The notes under the pieces are model-generated. The model saw nothing but the letters and a program-made list of their open reading frames with translations, did not search any database and had not been told where the DNA came from. From positions 6,510,001 to 6,574,000 of the forward strand of contig OZ024740.1 of the NCBI GenBank assembly GCA_964016885.1: a stretch of DNA of 64,000 nt, given 5' to 3'. Position numbers and translations under genes: made by a program. Positions 42,901-57,900 of this stretch are shown piece after piece (the first letter of the stretch is position 1; the number at the start of each line of letters is the position of its first letter). This DNA is from Eledone cirrhosa (lineage: Eukaryota).

Positions 42901-45900
42901 CTGACACCATGTTAGGTGGTGGATTGGTAGTATTGGTAGAGGGTCTGACACCATGTTAGGTGGTGGATTGGCAGTATTGGTAGAGGGTCTTACACCATGT
43001 TAGGGTGGTGGATTGGCAGTATTGGTAGAGGGTCTGACACCATGTTACGGTGGCAGATTGGCAGTATTGGTAGAGGGTCTGACACCATGATAGGGTGGTG
43101 GATTGGCAGTATTGGTAGCAGGTCTGACACCATGTTAGGGTGGTGGATTGGTAGTATAGGTAGAGGGTCTGACACCATGGTAGGGTGGTGGATTGGCAGT
43201 ATAGGTAGAGGGTCTGACACCATGTTAGGGTGGCGGATTGGCAGTATTGGTAGAGGGTCTGACACCATGTTAGGTGGTGGATTGGCAGCATTGGTAGATG
43301 GTCAGACGCCATGGGTGGTGGATTGGCAGTATTGGTAGAGGGTCTGACACCATGTTAGGGTGGTGGACTGGTAGTATAGGTAGAGGGTCTAACACCATGT
43401 TATATGGTGGATTGGCAGTATTGGTAGAGGGTCAGACGCCATGGGTGGTGGATTGGCAGTATTGTTAGAGGGTCTGACACCATGTTAGGGTGGTGGATTG
43501 GCAGTATTGGTAGAGGGTCTCACACAATGCTAGGGTGGTGGATTGGCAGTATTGGTAGAGGGTCTGACAACATGTTAGGTGGTGGATTGGCAGTATTGGT
43601 ACAGGGTCTGACACAATGCTAGGGTGGTGGTTTGTCAGTATTGGTAGAGGGTCTGACACAATGCTAGGGTGGTGGATTGGCAGTATAGGTAGAGGGTCTG
43701 ACACCATATTAGGGTGGTGGATTGGTAGTATTTTTAGTGGGTCTGACACCGTGGTAGGGGTGGATTGGTAGTATAGCTAGAGGGCCTGACACCATGCTAG
43801 GGTAGTGGATTGGCAGTGTTGTTAGAGTCTGACACCGTGGTAGGGTGGCGGATTGGCAGTATTGATAGAGGGACTGACACCATGTTAAGCTGGTGGATTG
43901 GCAGTATTGGTAGAGGTTCTGATACCATGTTAGGGTGGCGGATTGGCAGAATTGGTAGAGGGTCTGACACCATGTTAGGGTGGTGGATTGGTAGTATTGG
44001 TAGAGGGCCTGACACCATGTTAGGGTGGTGGATTGGCAGTATAGGTAGAGTGTCTGACACCATGCTAGAGTGGTGGATTGGCAGTATAGGTAGAGGGTCT
44101 GACACCATGTGAGGGTGGCAGATTGGCAGTATTGGTAAAGGGTCTGACACCATGTTAGGGTGGTGGATTGGCAGTATTGGTAGAGGGTCTGACACCATGC
44201 TAGGGTGGTGGATTGGCAGTATTGGTAGAGGGTCTGACACCATCTTAGGGTGGTGGATTGTTAGTATTGGTAGAGGGTCAGACACAATGTTAGGTTGGTG
44301 GAGTGGTAGTATAGGTAGAGGGTCTGACACCATCTTAGTTGGTGGATTGGTAGTATTGGTAGAGGGTCTAACACCATGGTATGTGGTGGATTGGTAGTAT
44401 TGGTAGAGGGTCTGACACCATGTTAGGTGGTGGATTGGCAGTATTGGTAGAGGGTCTGACACCATGTTAGGGTGGTGGATTGGCAGTATTGGTAGAGGGT
44501 CTGACACCATGGTAGGGGTGGCTTGGTAGTATAGGTAGAGGGTCTGACACGATGCTAGGGTGGCAGTTTGGCAGTATTGGTAGAGGGTCTGACAACATGT
44601 TAGGTGGTGGATTGGCAGTATTGGTAGAGGGTCTGACACCATGTTAGGGTGGTGGATTGGCAGTATTGGAAGATGGTCTGACACCATGCTAGGTCGTGGA
44701 TTGTTAGTATTGGTAGAGGGTCTGACACCATGTTAGGTGGTGGATTGGCAGTATAGATAGAGGGTCTGACACCATGTTTGGTTGGTGGAGTGGTAGTATT
44801 GGTAGAGGGTCTGACACCATCTTAGTTGGTGGATTGGTAGTATTGGTTGAGGGTCTGACACCAGGTTAGGTGGTGGATTGGCAGTATAGATAGAGGCTCT
44901 GACACCATGTTAGGTTGGTGGAGTGGTAGTATTGGTAGAGGGTCTGACACCATCTTAGTTGGTAGATTGGTAGTATTGGTAGAGGGTCTAACACCATGGT
45001 ATGTGGTGGATTGTTAGTATTGTTAGAGAGTCTGACACCATGTTAGGTGGTGGATTGGTAGTATTGGTAGAGGGTCTGACACCATATTAGGGTGGAGGAT
45101 TGGCAGTATTGGTAGAGGGTCTGACACCATGGTATGGTGGTGGATTGGCAGTATTAGTAGAGGGTCTGATACCATGTTAGGTGGTGGATTGGCAGTATAG
45201 GTAGAGGTTCTGACACCATGTAAGGGGTGTATTGGTTGTATAGGTAGAGGGTTTGACACAATGCTAGGGTGGCGGATTGGCATTATTGGTAGAGGGTCTG
45301 ACACCATGTTAGGTGGTGGATTGGCAGTATTGGTAGAGGGTCTGACACAATTCTAGGGTGGTGGATTGGCAGTATTGGTAGAGGGTCTGACACAATGCTA
45401 GGGTGGTGGATTGGTAGTATTGGTAGAGGCGCTGACACCATGTTAGGTGGTGGATTGGCAGTATTGGTAGAGGGTCTGACACAATGCTAGGGTGGTGGAT
45501 TGGCAGTATTGGTAGAGGGTCTGACACCATGTTAGGGTGGTGGATTGGCAGTATTGGTAGAGGGTCTGACACCATGCTAGGTGGTGGATTGGCAGTATTG
45601 GTAGAGGGTCTGACACAATGCTAGGGTGGCGGATTGGCAGTATTGGTAGAGGGACTGACACCATGTTAGGGTGGCGGATTGGCAGTATTGGTAGAGGGTC
45701 TGACACCATGGTAGGGTGGTGGATTGGCAGTATTGGTAGAGGGTCTTACACCATGTTAGGGTGATGGATTGGCAGTATTGGTAGAGGGTCTGACACCATG
45801 TTACGGTGGCGGATTGGCAGTATTGGTAGAGGGTCTGACACCATGATAGGGTGGTGGATTGGCAGTATTGGTAGCAGGTCTGACACCATGTTAGGGTGGT

Positions 45901-48900
45901 GGATTGGTAGTATAGGTAGAGGGTCTGACACCATGGTAGGGTGGTGGATTGGCAGTATAGGTAGAGGGTCTAACACCATGTTAGGGTGGCTGATTGGCAG
46001 TATTGGTAGAGGTTCTGAATAGGTGGTGGATTGGCAGTATTGGTAGATGGTCAGACGCCATGGGTGGTGGTTTGGCAGTATTGGTAGAGGGTCTGACACC
46101 ATGTTAGGGTGGTGGACTGGTAGTATAGGTAGAGGGTCTAACACCATGTTATGTGGTGGATTGGCAGTATTGGTAGAGGGTCAGACGCCATGGGTGGTGG
46201 ATTGGCAGTATTGTTAGAGGGTCTGACACCATGTTAGGGTGGTGGATTGGCAGTATTGGTAGAGGGTCTCACACAATGCTAGGGTGGTGGATTGGCAGTG
46301 TTGGTAGAGTGTCTGACAACATGTTAGGTGGTGGATTGGCAGTATTGGTACAGGGTCTGACACAATGCTAGGGTGGTGGTTTGGCAGTATTGGTAGAGGG
46401 TCTGACACCATGGTAGGTGGTGGATTGGCAGTATTGGTAGAGGGTCTGACACAATGCTAGGGTGGTGGATTGGCAGTATTGGTAGAGGGTCTGACACCAT
46501 GTTAGGTGGTGGATTGGCAGTATTGGTAGAGAGTCAGACGCCATGGGTGGTGGATTGGGAGTATTGGTAGAGGGTCTGACACCATGTTAGGGTGGTTGAT
46601 TGGCAGTATAGGTAAAGGGTCTGACACCATATTAGGGTGGTGGATTGGTAGTATTGTTAGTGGGTCTGACACTGTGGTAGGGGTGGATTGGTAGTATAGC
46701 TAGAGGGCCTGACACCATGCTAGTGTGGTGGATTGGCAGTGTTGTTAGAGTCTGACACCGTGGTAGGGTGGCGGATTGGCAGTATTGGTAGAGGGTCAGA
46801 CACCATGTTAGGCTGGTGGATTGGCAGTATTGGTAGAGGTTCTGATACCATGTTAGGGTGGCGGATTGGCAGAATTGGTAGAGGGTCTGACACCATGTTA
46901 GGGTGGTGGATTGGCAGTATTGATAGAGGGTCTGACACCGTGTTAGGGTGGTGGGTTGGTAGTATTGGTAGAGGGTCTTACACAATGCTAGGGTGGGGGA
47001 TTGGCATTATTGGTAGAGGGTCTGACACCTTGTTAGGGTGGTGGATTGGTAGTATTGGTAGAGGGTCTGACACCATGTTAGGTGGTGGATTGGTAGTATT
47101 GGTAGAGGGCCTGACACCATGTTAGGGTGGTGGATTGGCAGTATAGGTAGAGGGTCGGACACCATGCTAGGGTGGTGGATTTTCAGTATAGGTAGAGGGT
47201 CTGACACCATGTGAGGGTGGCAGATTGGCAGTATTGTTAAAGGGTCTGACACCATGTTAGGCTGGTGGATTGGCAGTATTGGTAGAGGGTCTGACACCAT
47301 CTTAGGGTGGTGGATTGGCAGTATTGTTAGAGGGTCTGACACCATGCTAGGTCGTGGATTCTTAGTATTGGTAGAGGCTCAAACACCATGTTAGTTTGGT
47401 GGAGTGGTAGTATAGGTAGAGGTTCTGACACCATCTTAGTTGGTGGATTGGTAGTATTGGTAGAGGGTCTAACACCATGGTATGTGGTGGATTGGTAGTA
47501 TTGGTAGAGGGTCTGACACCATGTGAGGGTGGTGGATTGGCAGTATTGGTAGAGGGTCTGACACCATGTGAGGTGGTGGATTGGCAGTATTGGTAGAGGG
47601 TCTGAAACCATGTTAGGGTGGTGGATTGGTAGTATAGGTAGAGGGTCAGACACAATGCTAGGGTGGCAGATTGGCTGTATTGGTAGAGGGTCTGACAACA
47701 TGTTAGGTGGTGGATTGGCAGTATTGGTAGAGGGTCTGACACAATGCTAGGGTGGCGGAATGGCAGTATTGGTAGAGGGTCTGACACCATGTTAGGGTGG
47801 TGGATTGGCAGTATTGGTAGAGGGTCTGACACCATGTTAGGGTGGTGGATTGGAAGTATTGGTAGAGGGTCTGACACCGTGTTAGAGTGGTGGATTGGTA
47901 GTATTGGTAGAGGGTCTGACAACATGTTAGGTGGTGGATTGGTAGTATTGGTAGAGGGTCTGACACCATGTTAGGTGGTGGATTGGCAGTATTGGTAGAG
48001 GGTCTGACACCATGTTAGGGTGGTGGATTGGCAGTATTGGTAGAGGGTCTGACACCATTTTATGGTGGCGGATTGGCAGTATTGGTAGAGGGTCTGACAC
48101 CATGTTAGGGTGGTGGATTGGCAGTATTGGTAGCGGGTCTGACACCATGTTAGGGTGGTGGATTGGTAGTATAGGTAGAGGGTCTGACACCATGGTAGGG
48201 TTGTGGATTGGCAGTATAGGTAGAGGGTCTGACACCATGCTAGGGTGGCAGATTGGCAGTATTGGTAGAGGGTCTGACACCATGCTAGGGTGGTGGATTG
48301 GCAGTATTGGTAGAGGGTCTGACACCATGTTAGGTGGGGATTGGCAGTATTGGTAGAGGGGCTGACACCATGTTAGGTGGTGGATTGGCAGTATTGGTAG
48401 AGGGTTTGACACAATGCTAGGGTGGTGGATTGGCAGTATAGTTAGAGGGTCTGACACCATGTTAGGGTGCTGGATTGGTAGTATTAGTAGAGGGTCTGAC
48501 ACCATGGTAGGGGTGGATTGGTAGTATAGGTAGAGGGTCTGACACCATGTAAGGGTGGCGGATTGGCAGTATTGGTAGAGGGTCTGACACCATGTTAGGG
48601 TGGTGGATTTGCAGTATAGGTAGAGGGTCTGATACCATGTTAGGTGGTGGATCGGCAGTATTGGTAGAGGGTCTGACAGCATGTTATGTGGTGGATTGGC
48701 AGTATTGGTAGAGGGTCTGACACCATGTTAGGGTGGTGGATTGGCAGTATTGGTAGAGGGTCTGACACCATGTTAGGTGGTGGATTGTCAGTATTGGTAG
48801 AGGGTCTGACACCATATTAGGGGGTGGATTGGTAGTATTGGTAGAGGGTCTGACACCATATTAGGGGGTGGATTGGTAGTATTGGTAGAGGGTCTGACAC

Positions 48901-51900
48901 CATGTTAGGTGGTGGATTGGCAGTATTGGTAGAGGGTCTGACACCATGTTAGGGTGGTGGATTGGCAGTATTGGTAGAGGGTCTGACACCATGTTACGGT
49001 GGCGGATTGGCAGTATTGGTAGCAGGTCTGACACCATGTTAGAGTGGTGGATTAGTAGTATAGGTAGAGGGTCTGACACCATGGTAGGGTGGTGGATTGG
49101 CAGTATAGGTAGAGGGTCTGACACCATGTTAGGGTAGCGGATTGGCTGTATTGGTAGAGGGTCTGACAACATGTTAGGTGGTGGATTGGCAGTATTGGTA
49201 GAGGGTCTGACACAATGCTAGGGTGGCGGAATGGCAGTATTGGTAGAGGGTCTGACACCATGTTAGGGTGGTGGATTGGCAGTATTGGTAGAGGGTCTGA
49301 CACCATGTTAGGGTGGTGGATTGGAAGTATTGGTAGAGGGTCTGACACCGTGTTAGAGTGGTGGATTGGTAGTATTGGTAGAGGGTCTGACAACATGTTA
49401 GGTGGTGGATTGGTAGTATTGGTAGAGGGTCTGACACCATGTTAGGTGGTGGATTGGCAGTATTGGTAGAGGGTCTGACACCATGTTAGGGTGGTGGATT
49501 GGCAGTATTGGTAGAGGGTCTGACACCATTTTATGGTGGCGGATTGGCAGTATTGGTAGAGGGTCTGACACCATGTTAGGGTGGTGGATTGGCAGTATTG
49601 GTAGCGGGTCTGACACCATGTTAGGGTGGTGGATTGGTAGTATAGGTAGAGGGTCTGACACCATGGTAGGGTTGTGGATTGGCAGTATAGGTAGAGGGTC
49701 TGACACCATGCTAGGGTGGCAGATTGGCAGTATTGGTAGAGGGTCTGACACCATGCTAGGGTGGTGGATTGGCAGTATTGGTAGAGGGTCTGACACCATG
49801 TTAGGTGGGGATTGGCAGTATTGGTAGAGGGGCTGACACCATGTTAGGTGGTGGATTGGCAGTATTGGTAGAGGGTTTGACACAATGCTAGGGTGGTGGA
49901 TTGGCAGTATAGTTAGAGGGTCTGACACCATGTTAGGGTGCTGGATTGGTAGTATTAGTAGAGGGTCTGACACCATGGTAGGGGTGGATTGGTAGTATAG
50001 GTAGAGGGTCTGACACCATGTAAGGGTGGCGGATTGGCAGTATTGGTAGAGGGTCTGACACCATGTTAGGGTGGTGGATTTGCAGTATAGGTAGAGGGTC
50101 TGATACCATGTTAGGTGGTGGATCGGCAGTATTGGTAGAGGGTCTGACAGCATGTTATGTGGTGGATTGGCAGTATTGGTAGAGGGTCTGACACCATGTT
50201 AGGGTGGTGGATTGGCAGTATTGGTAGAGGGTCTGACACCATGTTAGGTGGTGGATTGTCAGTATTGGTAGAGGGTCTGACACCATATTAGGGGGTGGAT
50301 TGGTAGTATTGGTAGAGGGTCTGACACCATATTAGGGGGTGGATTGGTAGTATTGGTAGAGGGTCTGACACCATGTTAGGTGGTGGATTGGCAGTATTGG
50401 TAGAGGGTCTGACACCATGTTAGGGTGGTGGATTGGCAGTATTGGTAGAGGGTCTGACACCATGTTACGGTGGCGGATTGGCAGTATTGGTAGCAGGTCT
50501 GACACCATGTTAGAGTGGTGGATTAGTAGTATAGGTAGAGGGTCTGACACCATGGTAGGGTGGTGGATTGGCAGTATAGGTAGAGGGTCTGACACCATGT
50601 TAGGGTAGCGGATTGGCAGTATTGGTAGAGGGTCTGACACCATGCTAGGGTGGTGGATTGGCAGTATTGGTAGAGGGTCTGACACCATGTTAGAGTGGTG
50701 GATTGGCAGTATTGGTAGAGGGTCTGCCACAATGCTAGGGTGGTGGATTGGCAGTATTGGTAGAGGGTCTGACACCATATTAGGGTGGTGGATTGGCAGT
50801 ATTGGTAGAGGGTCTGACATCATGCTAGGTGGTGGATTGTTAGTATTGGTAGTGGGTCTGACACCATGTTAGGTGGTGGATTGGCAGTATAGGTAGAGGT
50901 TCTGACACAATGCTAGGGTGGCGGATAGGCAGTATTGGTAGAGGGTCTGACACCATGTTAGGGTGGTGGATTGGCAGTATTGGTAGAGGGTCTGACACCA
51001 TGTTAGGGTGGCGGATTGGCAGTATTGGTAGGGGGTCTGACACCATGTTAGGGTGGTGGATTGGCAGTATTGGTAGAGGGTCTGATACCATGTTAGGGTG
51101 GTGGATTGGTAGTATAGGTAGAGGGTCTGACACCATTGTAGGGTGGTGGATTGGCAATATTGGTAGAGATCTGACACCATGTTAGGTGGTGGATTGGTAG
51201 TATTGGTAGAGGGTCTGACACCATGGTAGGTGGTGGATTGGTAGTATTGGTAGAGGGTCTGACACCATGTTAGGTGGTGGATTGGTAGTATTGGTAGAGG
51301 GTCTGACACCTTGTTAGGGTGGAGGATTGGCAGTATTAGTAGAGGGTCTGACACCATGGTAGGGTGGTGGATTGGCAGTATTGTTAGAGGTTCTGGCACC
51401 ATGTTAGGTGGTGGATTGGCAGTATTGGTAGAGGGTCAGACGCCATGGGTGGTGGATTGGCAGTATTGGTAGAGGGTCTAACACCATGTTAGGGTGGTGG
51501 ATGGTAGTATAGGTAGAGGGTCTGACACCGTGTTAGGTGGTGGATTGGCAGTATTGGTAGAGGGCCTGACACAATGCTAGGGTGGTGGATTGGCAGTATT
51601 GGTAAAGGGTCTGACACCATGTTAGGTGGTGGATTAGCAGTATTGGTAGATGGTCAGACGCCATGGGTGGTGGATTGGCAGCATTGGTAGAGGGTCTGAC
51701 ACCATGTTAGGGTGGTGGATTGGTAGTATTGGTAGAGGGTCTGACACCATGGTAGGGGGTGGATTGGTAGTATAGGTAGAGGGTCTGACACAATGCTAGG
51801 GTGGCGGATTGGCAGTATTGGTAGAGGGTCTGACACCATGTTAGGGTGGTGGATTGGCAGTATTGGTAGAGGGTCTGACACCATTTTAGGGTGGCGGATT

Positions 51901-54900
51901 TGCAGTATTGGTAAAGGGTCTGACACCATGTTAGGATGGTGGATTGGCAGTATTAGTAGAGGGTCTGATACCATGTTAGGGTGGTGGATTGGCAGTATTG
52001 GTAGAGGGTCTGACACCATGTTAGGGTGGCGGATTGGCAGTATTGGTAGAGGGTCTGACACCATGTTACGGTGGTGGATTGGCAGTATTGGTAGAGGGTC
52101 TGATATCATGTTAGGGTGGTTGATTGGTAGTATAGGTAGAGGGTCTGACACCATGGTAGGGTGGCAGATTGGCAGTATTGGTAGAGGGTCTGACACAATG
52201 TTAGGGTGGTGGATTGGAAGTATTGGTAGAGGGTCTGACATCATGTTAGGGTGGTGGATTGGTAGTATAGGTAGAGGTTTTGACACCATTGTAGGGTGGT
52301 GGATTGGCAATATTGGTAGAGCGTCTCACACCATGTTAGGGTGGCGGATTGGCAGTATTGGTAGAGGGTCTGACACCATGTTAGGGTGGAGGATTGGCAA
52401 TATTGGTAGAGGTTCTGACACCATGGTAGGTGGTGGATTGGCAGTATTGGTAGAGGGTCTGACACCATGTTAGGGTGGTGGAGTGGTAGTATAGGTAGAG
52501 GGTCTGACACCATCTTAGGTGGTGGATTGGTAGTATTGGTAGATCGTCTGACACCATGTTAGGGTGGTGGATTGGTAGTATATGTAGAGGGCCTGACACC
52601 ATCTTAGGTGGTGGATTGGTAGTATTGGTAGAGGGTCTGACACCATCTTAGGTGGTGGATTGGCAGTATTGGTAGAGTGTCTGACACAATGCTAGGGTGG
52701 TGGATTGGCAGTATTGTTAGAGGGGCTAACACCATGTTAGGTGGTGGATTGGCAGTATTTGTAGAGGGTCTGACACAATGCTAGGGTTGTGGATTGGCAG
52801 TATTGGTAGAGGGGCTGACACCATTTTAGGTGGTGGATTGGCAGTATTGGTAGAGGGTCAGACGCCATGGGTGGTGGATTGGCATTATTGGTAGAGGGTC
52901 TGACACCATGTTAGGGTGGTGGATTGGCAGTATATGTAGAGGGTCTGACACAATGCTAGGGTGGCGGATTGGCATTATTGGTAGAGGGTCTGACATCATG
53001 TTAGGTGGTGGATTGGCAGTATTGGTAGAGGGTCTGACACAATGCTAGGGTGGTGGATTGGCAGTATTGGTAAAGGGGCTGACAACATGTTAGGTGGTGG
53101 ATTGGCAGTATTGGTAGAGGGTCTGACACAATGCTAGGGTGGTGGATTGGCAGTATTGTAGAGGGTCTGACACAATGCTAGGTTGGTGGATTGGCAGTAT
53201 TGGTAGAGGGTCTGACACCATGTTAGGGTGGTGGATTGGTAGTATTGGTAGAGGGTCTGACACCATGGTAGGGGTGGATTGGTAGTATAAGTAGAGGGTC
53301 TGACACCATGTTAGGTGGTGGATTGGCAGTATTGGTAGAGGGTCTGACACCATGTTAGGTGGTGGATTGGTAGTATTGGTAGAGTGTCTGACACAATGCT
53401 AGGGTGGCGGATTGGCAGTATTGGTAGAGGGTCTGACACCATGTTAGGGTGGCGGATTGGCAGTATTGGTAGAGGGTCTGACACCATGTTAGGGTGGTGG
53501 ATTGGCAGTATTGGTAGAGGGTCTGACACCGTGTTAGGGTGGTGGATTGGTAGTATTGGTAGAGGGTCTGACACCATGTTAGGTGTTGGATTGGTAGTAT
53601 TGGTAGAGGGTCTGACACCATGTTAGGTAGTGGATTGGCAGTATTGGTAGAGGGTCTGACACCATTTTACGGTGGCGGATTGGCAGTATTTGTAGAGGGT
53701 CTGACACCATGTTAGGGTGGTGGATTGGCAGTATTGGCAGCGGGTCTGACACCATGTTAGGGTGGTGGATTGGTAGTATAGGTAGAGGGTCTGACACCAT
53801 GGTAGGGTTGTGGATTGGCAGTATAGGTAGAGGGTCTGACACCATGTTAGGGTGGCGGATTGGCAGTATTGGTAGAGGGTCTGACACCATGCTAGGGTGG
53901 TGGATTGGCAGTATTGGTAGAGGGTCTGACACCATGTTAGGTGGGGGATTGGCAGTATTGGTAGAGGGTCTGACACCATGGTAGAGTGGTAGATTGGCAG
54001 TATTGTTAGAGGGTCTGACACAATGCTAGGGTGGTGGATTGGCAGTATTGGTAGAGGGGCTGACACCATGTTAGGTGGTGGATTGGCAGTATTGGTAGAG
54101 GGTTTGACACAATGCTAGGGTGGTGGATTGGCAGTATAGTTAGAGGGTCTGACACCATGTTAGGGTGGTGGATTGGCAGTATTGGTAGAGGGTCTGACAC
54201 CATGGTAGGGGTGGATTGGTAGTATAGGTAGAGGGTCTGACACAATGCTAGGGTGGCGGATTGGCAGTATTGGTAGAGGGTCTGACACCATGTTAGGGTG
54301 GTGGATTGGCAGTATTGTTAGAGGGTCTGACACCATGTTAGGGTGGCGGATTGGCAGTATTGGTAGAGGGTCTGACACCATGTTAGGGTGGTGGATTGGT
54401 AGTATAGGTAGAGGGTCTGACACCATCTTAGGTGGTGGATTGGTAGTATTGGTAGAGGGTCTGACACCATGTTAGGGTGGCGGATTGGCAGTATTGGTAG
54501 AGGGTCTGACACCAAGCTAGGGTGGTGGATTGGCAGTATTGGTAGAGGGTCTGACACCAAGTTAGGTGGTGGATTGGCAGTATTGGTAGAGGGTCTGACA
54601 CAACGCTAGGGTGGCGGATTAGCAGTATTGGTAGAGGGTCTGACACCATATTAGGTGGTGGATTGGTAGTATTGGTAGAGGGTCTGACACCATGTTAGGT
54701 GGTGGATTGGCAGTATAGGTAGAGGTTCTGACACAATGCTAGGGTGGCGGATAGGCAGTATTGGTAGAGGGTCTGACACCATGTTAGGGTGGTGGATTGG
54801 CAGTATTGGTAGAGGGTCTGACACCATGTTAGGGTGGCGGATTGGCAGTATTGGTAGGGGGTCTGACACCATGTTAGGGTGGTGGATTGGCAGTATTGGT

Positions 54901-57900
54901 AGAGGGTCTGATACCATGTTAGGGTGGTGGATTGGTAGTATAGGTAGAGGGTCTGACACCATTGTAGGGTGGTGGATTGGCAATATTGGTAGAGATCTGA
55001 CACCATGTTAGGTGGTGGATTGGTAGTATTGGTAGAGGGTCTGACACCATGGTAGGTGGTGGATTGGTAGTATTGGTAGAGGGTCTGACACCATGTTCGG
55101 TGGTGGATTGGTAGTATTGGTAGAGGGTCTGACACCTTGTTAGGGTGGAGGATTGGCAGTATTGGTAGAGGGTCTGACACCATGGTAGGGTGGTGGATTG
55201 GCAGTATTGTTAGAGGTTCTGGCACCATGTTAGGTGGTGGATTGGCAGTATTGGTAGAGGGTCAGACGCCATGGGTGGTGGATTGGCAGTATTGGTAGAG
55301 GGTCTAACACCATGTTAGGGTGGTGGATGGTAGTATAGGTAGAGGGTCTGACACCGTGTTAGGTGGTGGATTGGCAGTATTGGTAGAGGGCCTGACACAA
55401 TGCTAGGGTGGTGGATTGGCAGTATTGGTAAAGGGTCTGACACCATGTTAGGTGGTGGATTAGCAGTATTGGTAGATGGTCAGACGCCATGGGTGGTGGA
55501 TTGGCAGCATTGGTAGAGGGTCTGACACCATGTTAGGGTGGTGGATTGGTAGTATTGGTAGAGGGTCTGACACCATGGTAGGGGGTGGATTGGTAGTATA
55601 GGTAGAGGGTCTGACACAATGCTAGGGTGGCGGATTTGCAGTATTGGTAAAGGGTCTGACACCATGTTAGGATGGTGGATTGGCAGTATTAGTAGAGGGT
55701 CTGATACCATGTTAGGGTGGTGGATTGGCAGTATTGGTAGAGGGTCTGACACCATGTTAGGGTGGCGGATTGGCAGTATTGGTAGAGGGTCTGACACCAT
55801 GTTACGGTGGTGGATTGGCAGTATTGGTAGAGGGTCTGATATCATGTTAGGGTGGTTGATTGGTAGTATAGGTAGAGGGTCTGACACCATGGTAGGGTGG
55901 CAGATTGGCAGTATTGGTAGAGGGTCTGACACAATGTTAGGGTGGTGGATTGGCAGTATTGGTAGAGGGTCTGACATCATGTTAGGGTGGTGGATTGGTA
56001 GTATAGGTAGAGGTTTTGACACCATTGTAGGGTGGTGGATTGGCAATATTGGTAGAGCGTCTCACACCATGTTAGGGTGGCGGATTGGCAGTATTGGTAG
56101 AGGGTCTGACACCATGTTAGGGTGGAGGATTGGCAATATTGGTAGAGGTTCTGACACCATGGTAGGTGGTGGATTGGCAGTATTGGTAGAGGGTCTGACA
56201 CCATGTTAGGGTGGTGGAGTGGTAGTATAGGTAGAGGGTCTGACACCATCTTAGGTGGTGGATTGGTAGTATTGGTAGATCGTCTGACACCATGTTAGGG
56301 TGGTGGATTGGTAGTATATGTAGAGGGCCTGACACCATCTTAGGTGGTGGATTGGTAGTATTGGTAGAGGGTCTGACACCATCTTAGGTGGTGGATTGGC
56401 AGTATTGGTAGAGTGTCTGACACAATGCTAGGGTGGTGGATTGGCAGTATTGTTAGAGGGGCTAACACCATGTTAGGTGGTGGATTGGCAGTATTTGTAG
56501 AGGGTCTGACACAATGCTAGGGTTGTGGATTGGCAGTATTGGTAGAGGGGCTGACACCATTTTAGGTGGTGGATTGGCAGTATTGGTAGATGGTCAGACG
56601 CCATGGGTGGTGGATTGGCATTATTGGTAGAGGGTCTGACACCATGTTAGGGTGGTAGATTGGCAGTATAGGTAGAGGGTCTGACACAATGCTAGGGTGG
56701 CGGATTGGCATTATTGGTAGAGGGTCTGACACCATGTTAGGTGGTGGATTGGCAGTATTGGTAGAGGGTCTGACACAATGCTAGGGTGGTGGATTGGCAG
56801 TATTGGTAAAGGGGCTGACAACATGTTAGGTGGTGGATTGGCAGTATTGGTAGAGGGTCTGACACAATGCTAGGGTGGTGGATTGGCAGTATTGTAGAGG
56901 GTCTGACACAATGCTAGGTTGGTGGATTGGCAGTATTGGTAGAGGGTCTGACACCATGTTAGGGTGGTGGATTGGTAGTATTGGTAGTGGGTCTGACACC
57001 ATGGTAGGGGTGGATTGGTAGTATAAGTAGAGGGTCTGACACCATGTTAGGTGGTGGATTGGCAGTATTGGTAGAGGGTCTGACACCATGTTAGGTGGTG
57101 GATTGGTAGTATTGGTAGAGTGTCTGACACAATGCTAGGGTGGCGGATTGGCAGTATTGGTAGAGGGTCTGACACCATGTTAGGGTGGCGGATTGGCAGT
57201 ATTGGTAGAGGGTCTGACACCATGTTAGGGTGGTGGATTGGCAGTATTGGTAGAGGGTCTGACACCGTGTTAGGGTGGTGGATTGGTAGTATTGGTAGAG
57301 GGTCTGACACCATGTTAGGTGTTGGATTGGTAGTATTGGTAGAGGGTCTGACACCATGTTAGGTAGTGGATTGGCAGTATTGGTAGAGGGTCTGACACCA
57401 TTTTACGGTGGCGGATTGGCAGTATTTGTAGAGGGTCTGACACCATGTTAGGGTGGTGGATTGGCAGTATTGGTAGCGGGTCTGACACCATGTTAGGGTG
57501 GTGGATTGGTAGTATAGGTAGAGGGTCTGACACCATGGTAGGGTTGTGGATTGGCAGTATAGGTAGAGGGTCTGACACCATGTTAGGGTGGCGGATTGGC
57601 AGTATTGGTAGAGGGTCTGACACCATGCTAGGGTGGTGGATTGGCAGTATTGGTAGAGGGTCTGACACCATGTTAGGTGGGGGATTGGCAGTATTGGTAG
57701 AGGGTCTGACACCATGGTAGAGTGGTAGATTGGCAGTATTGTTAGAGGGTCTGACACAATGCTAGGGTGGTGGATTGGCAGTATTGGTAGAGGGGCTGAC
57801 ACCATGTTAGGTGGTGGATTGGCAGTATTGGTAGAGGGTTTGACACAATGCTAGGGTGGTGGATTGGCAGTATAGTTAGAGGGTCTGACACCATGTTAGG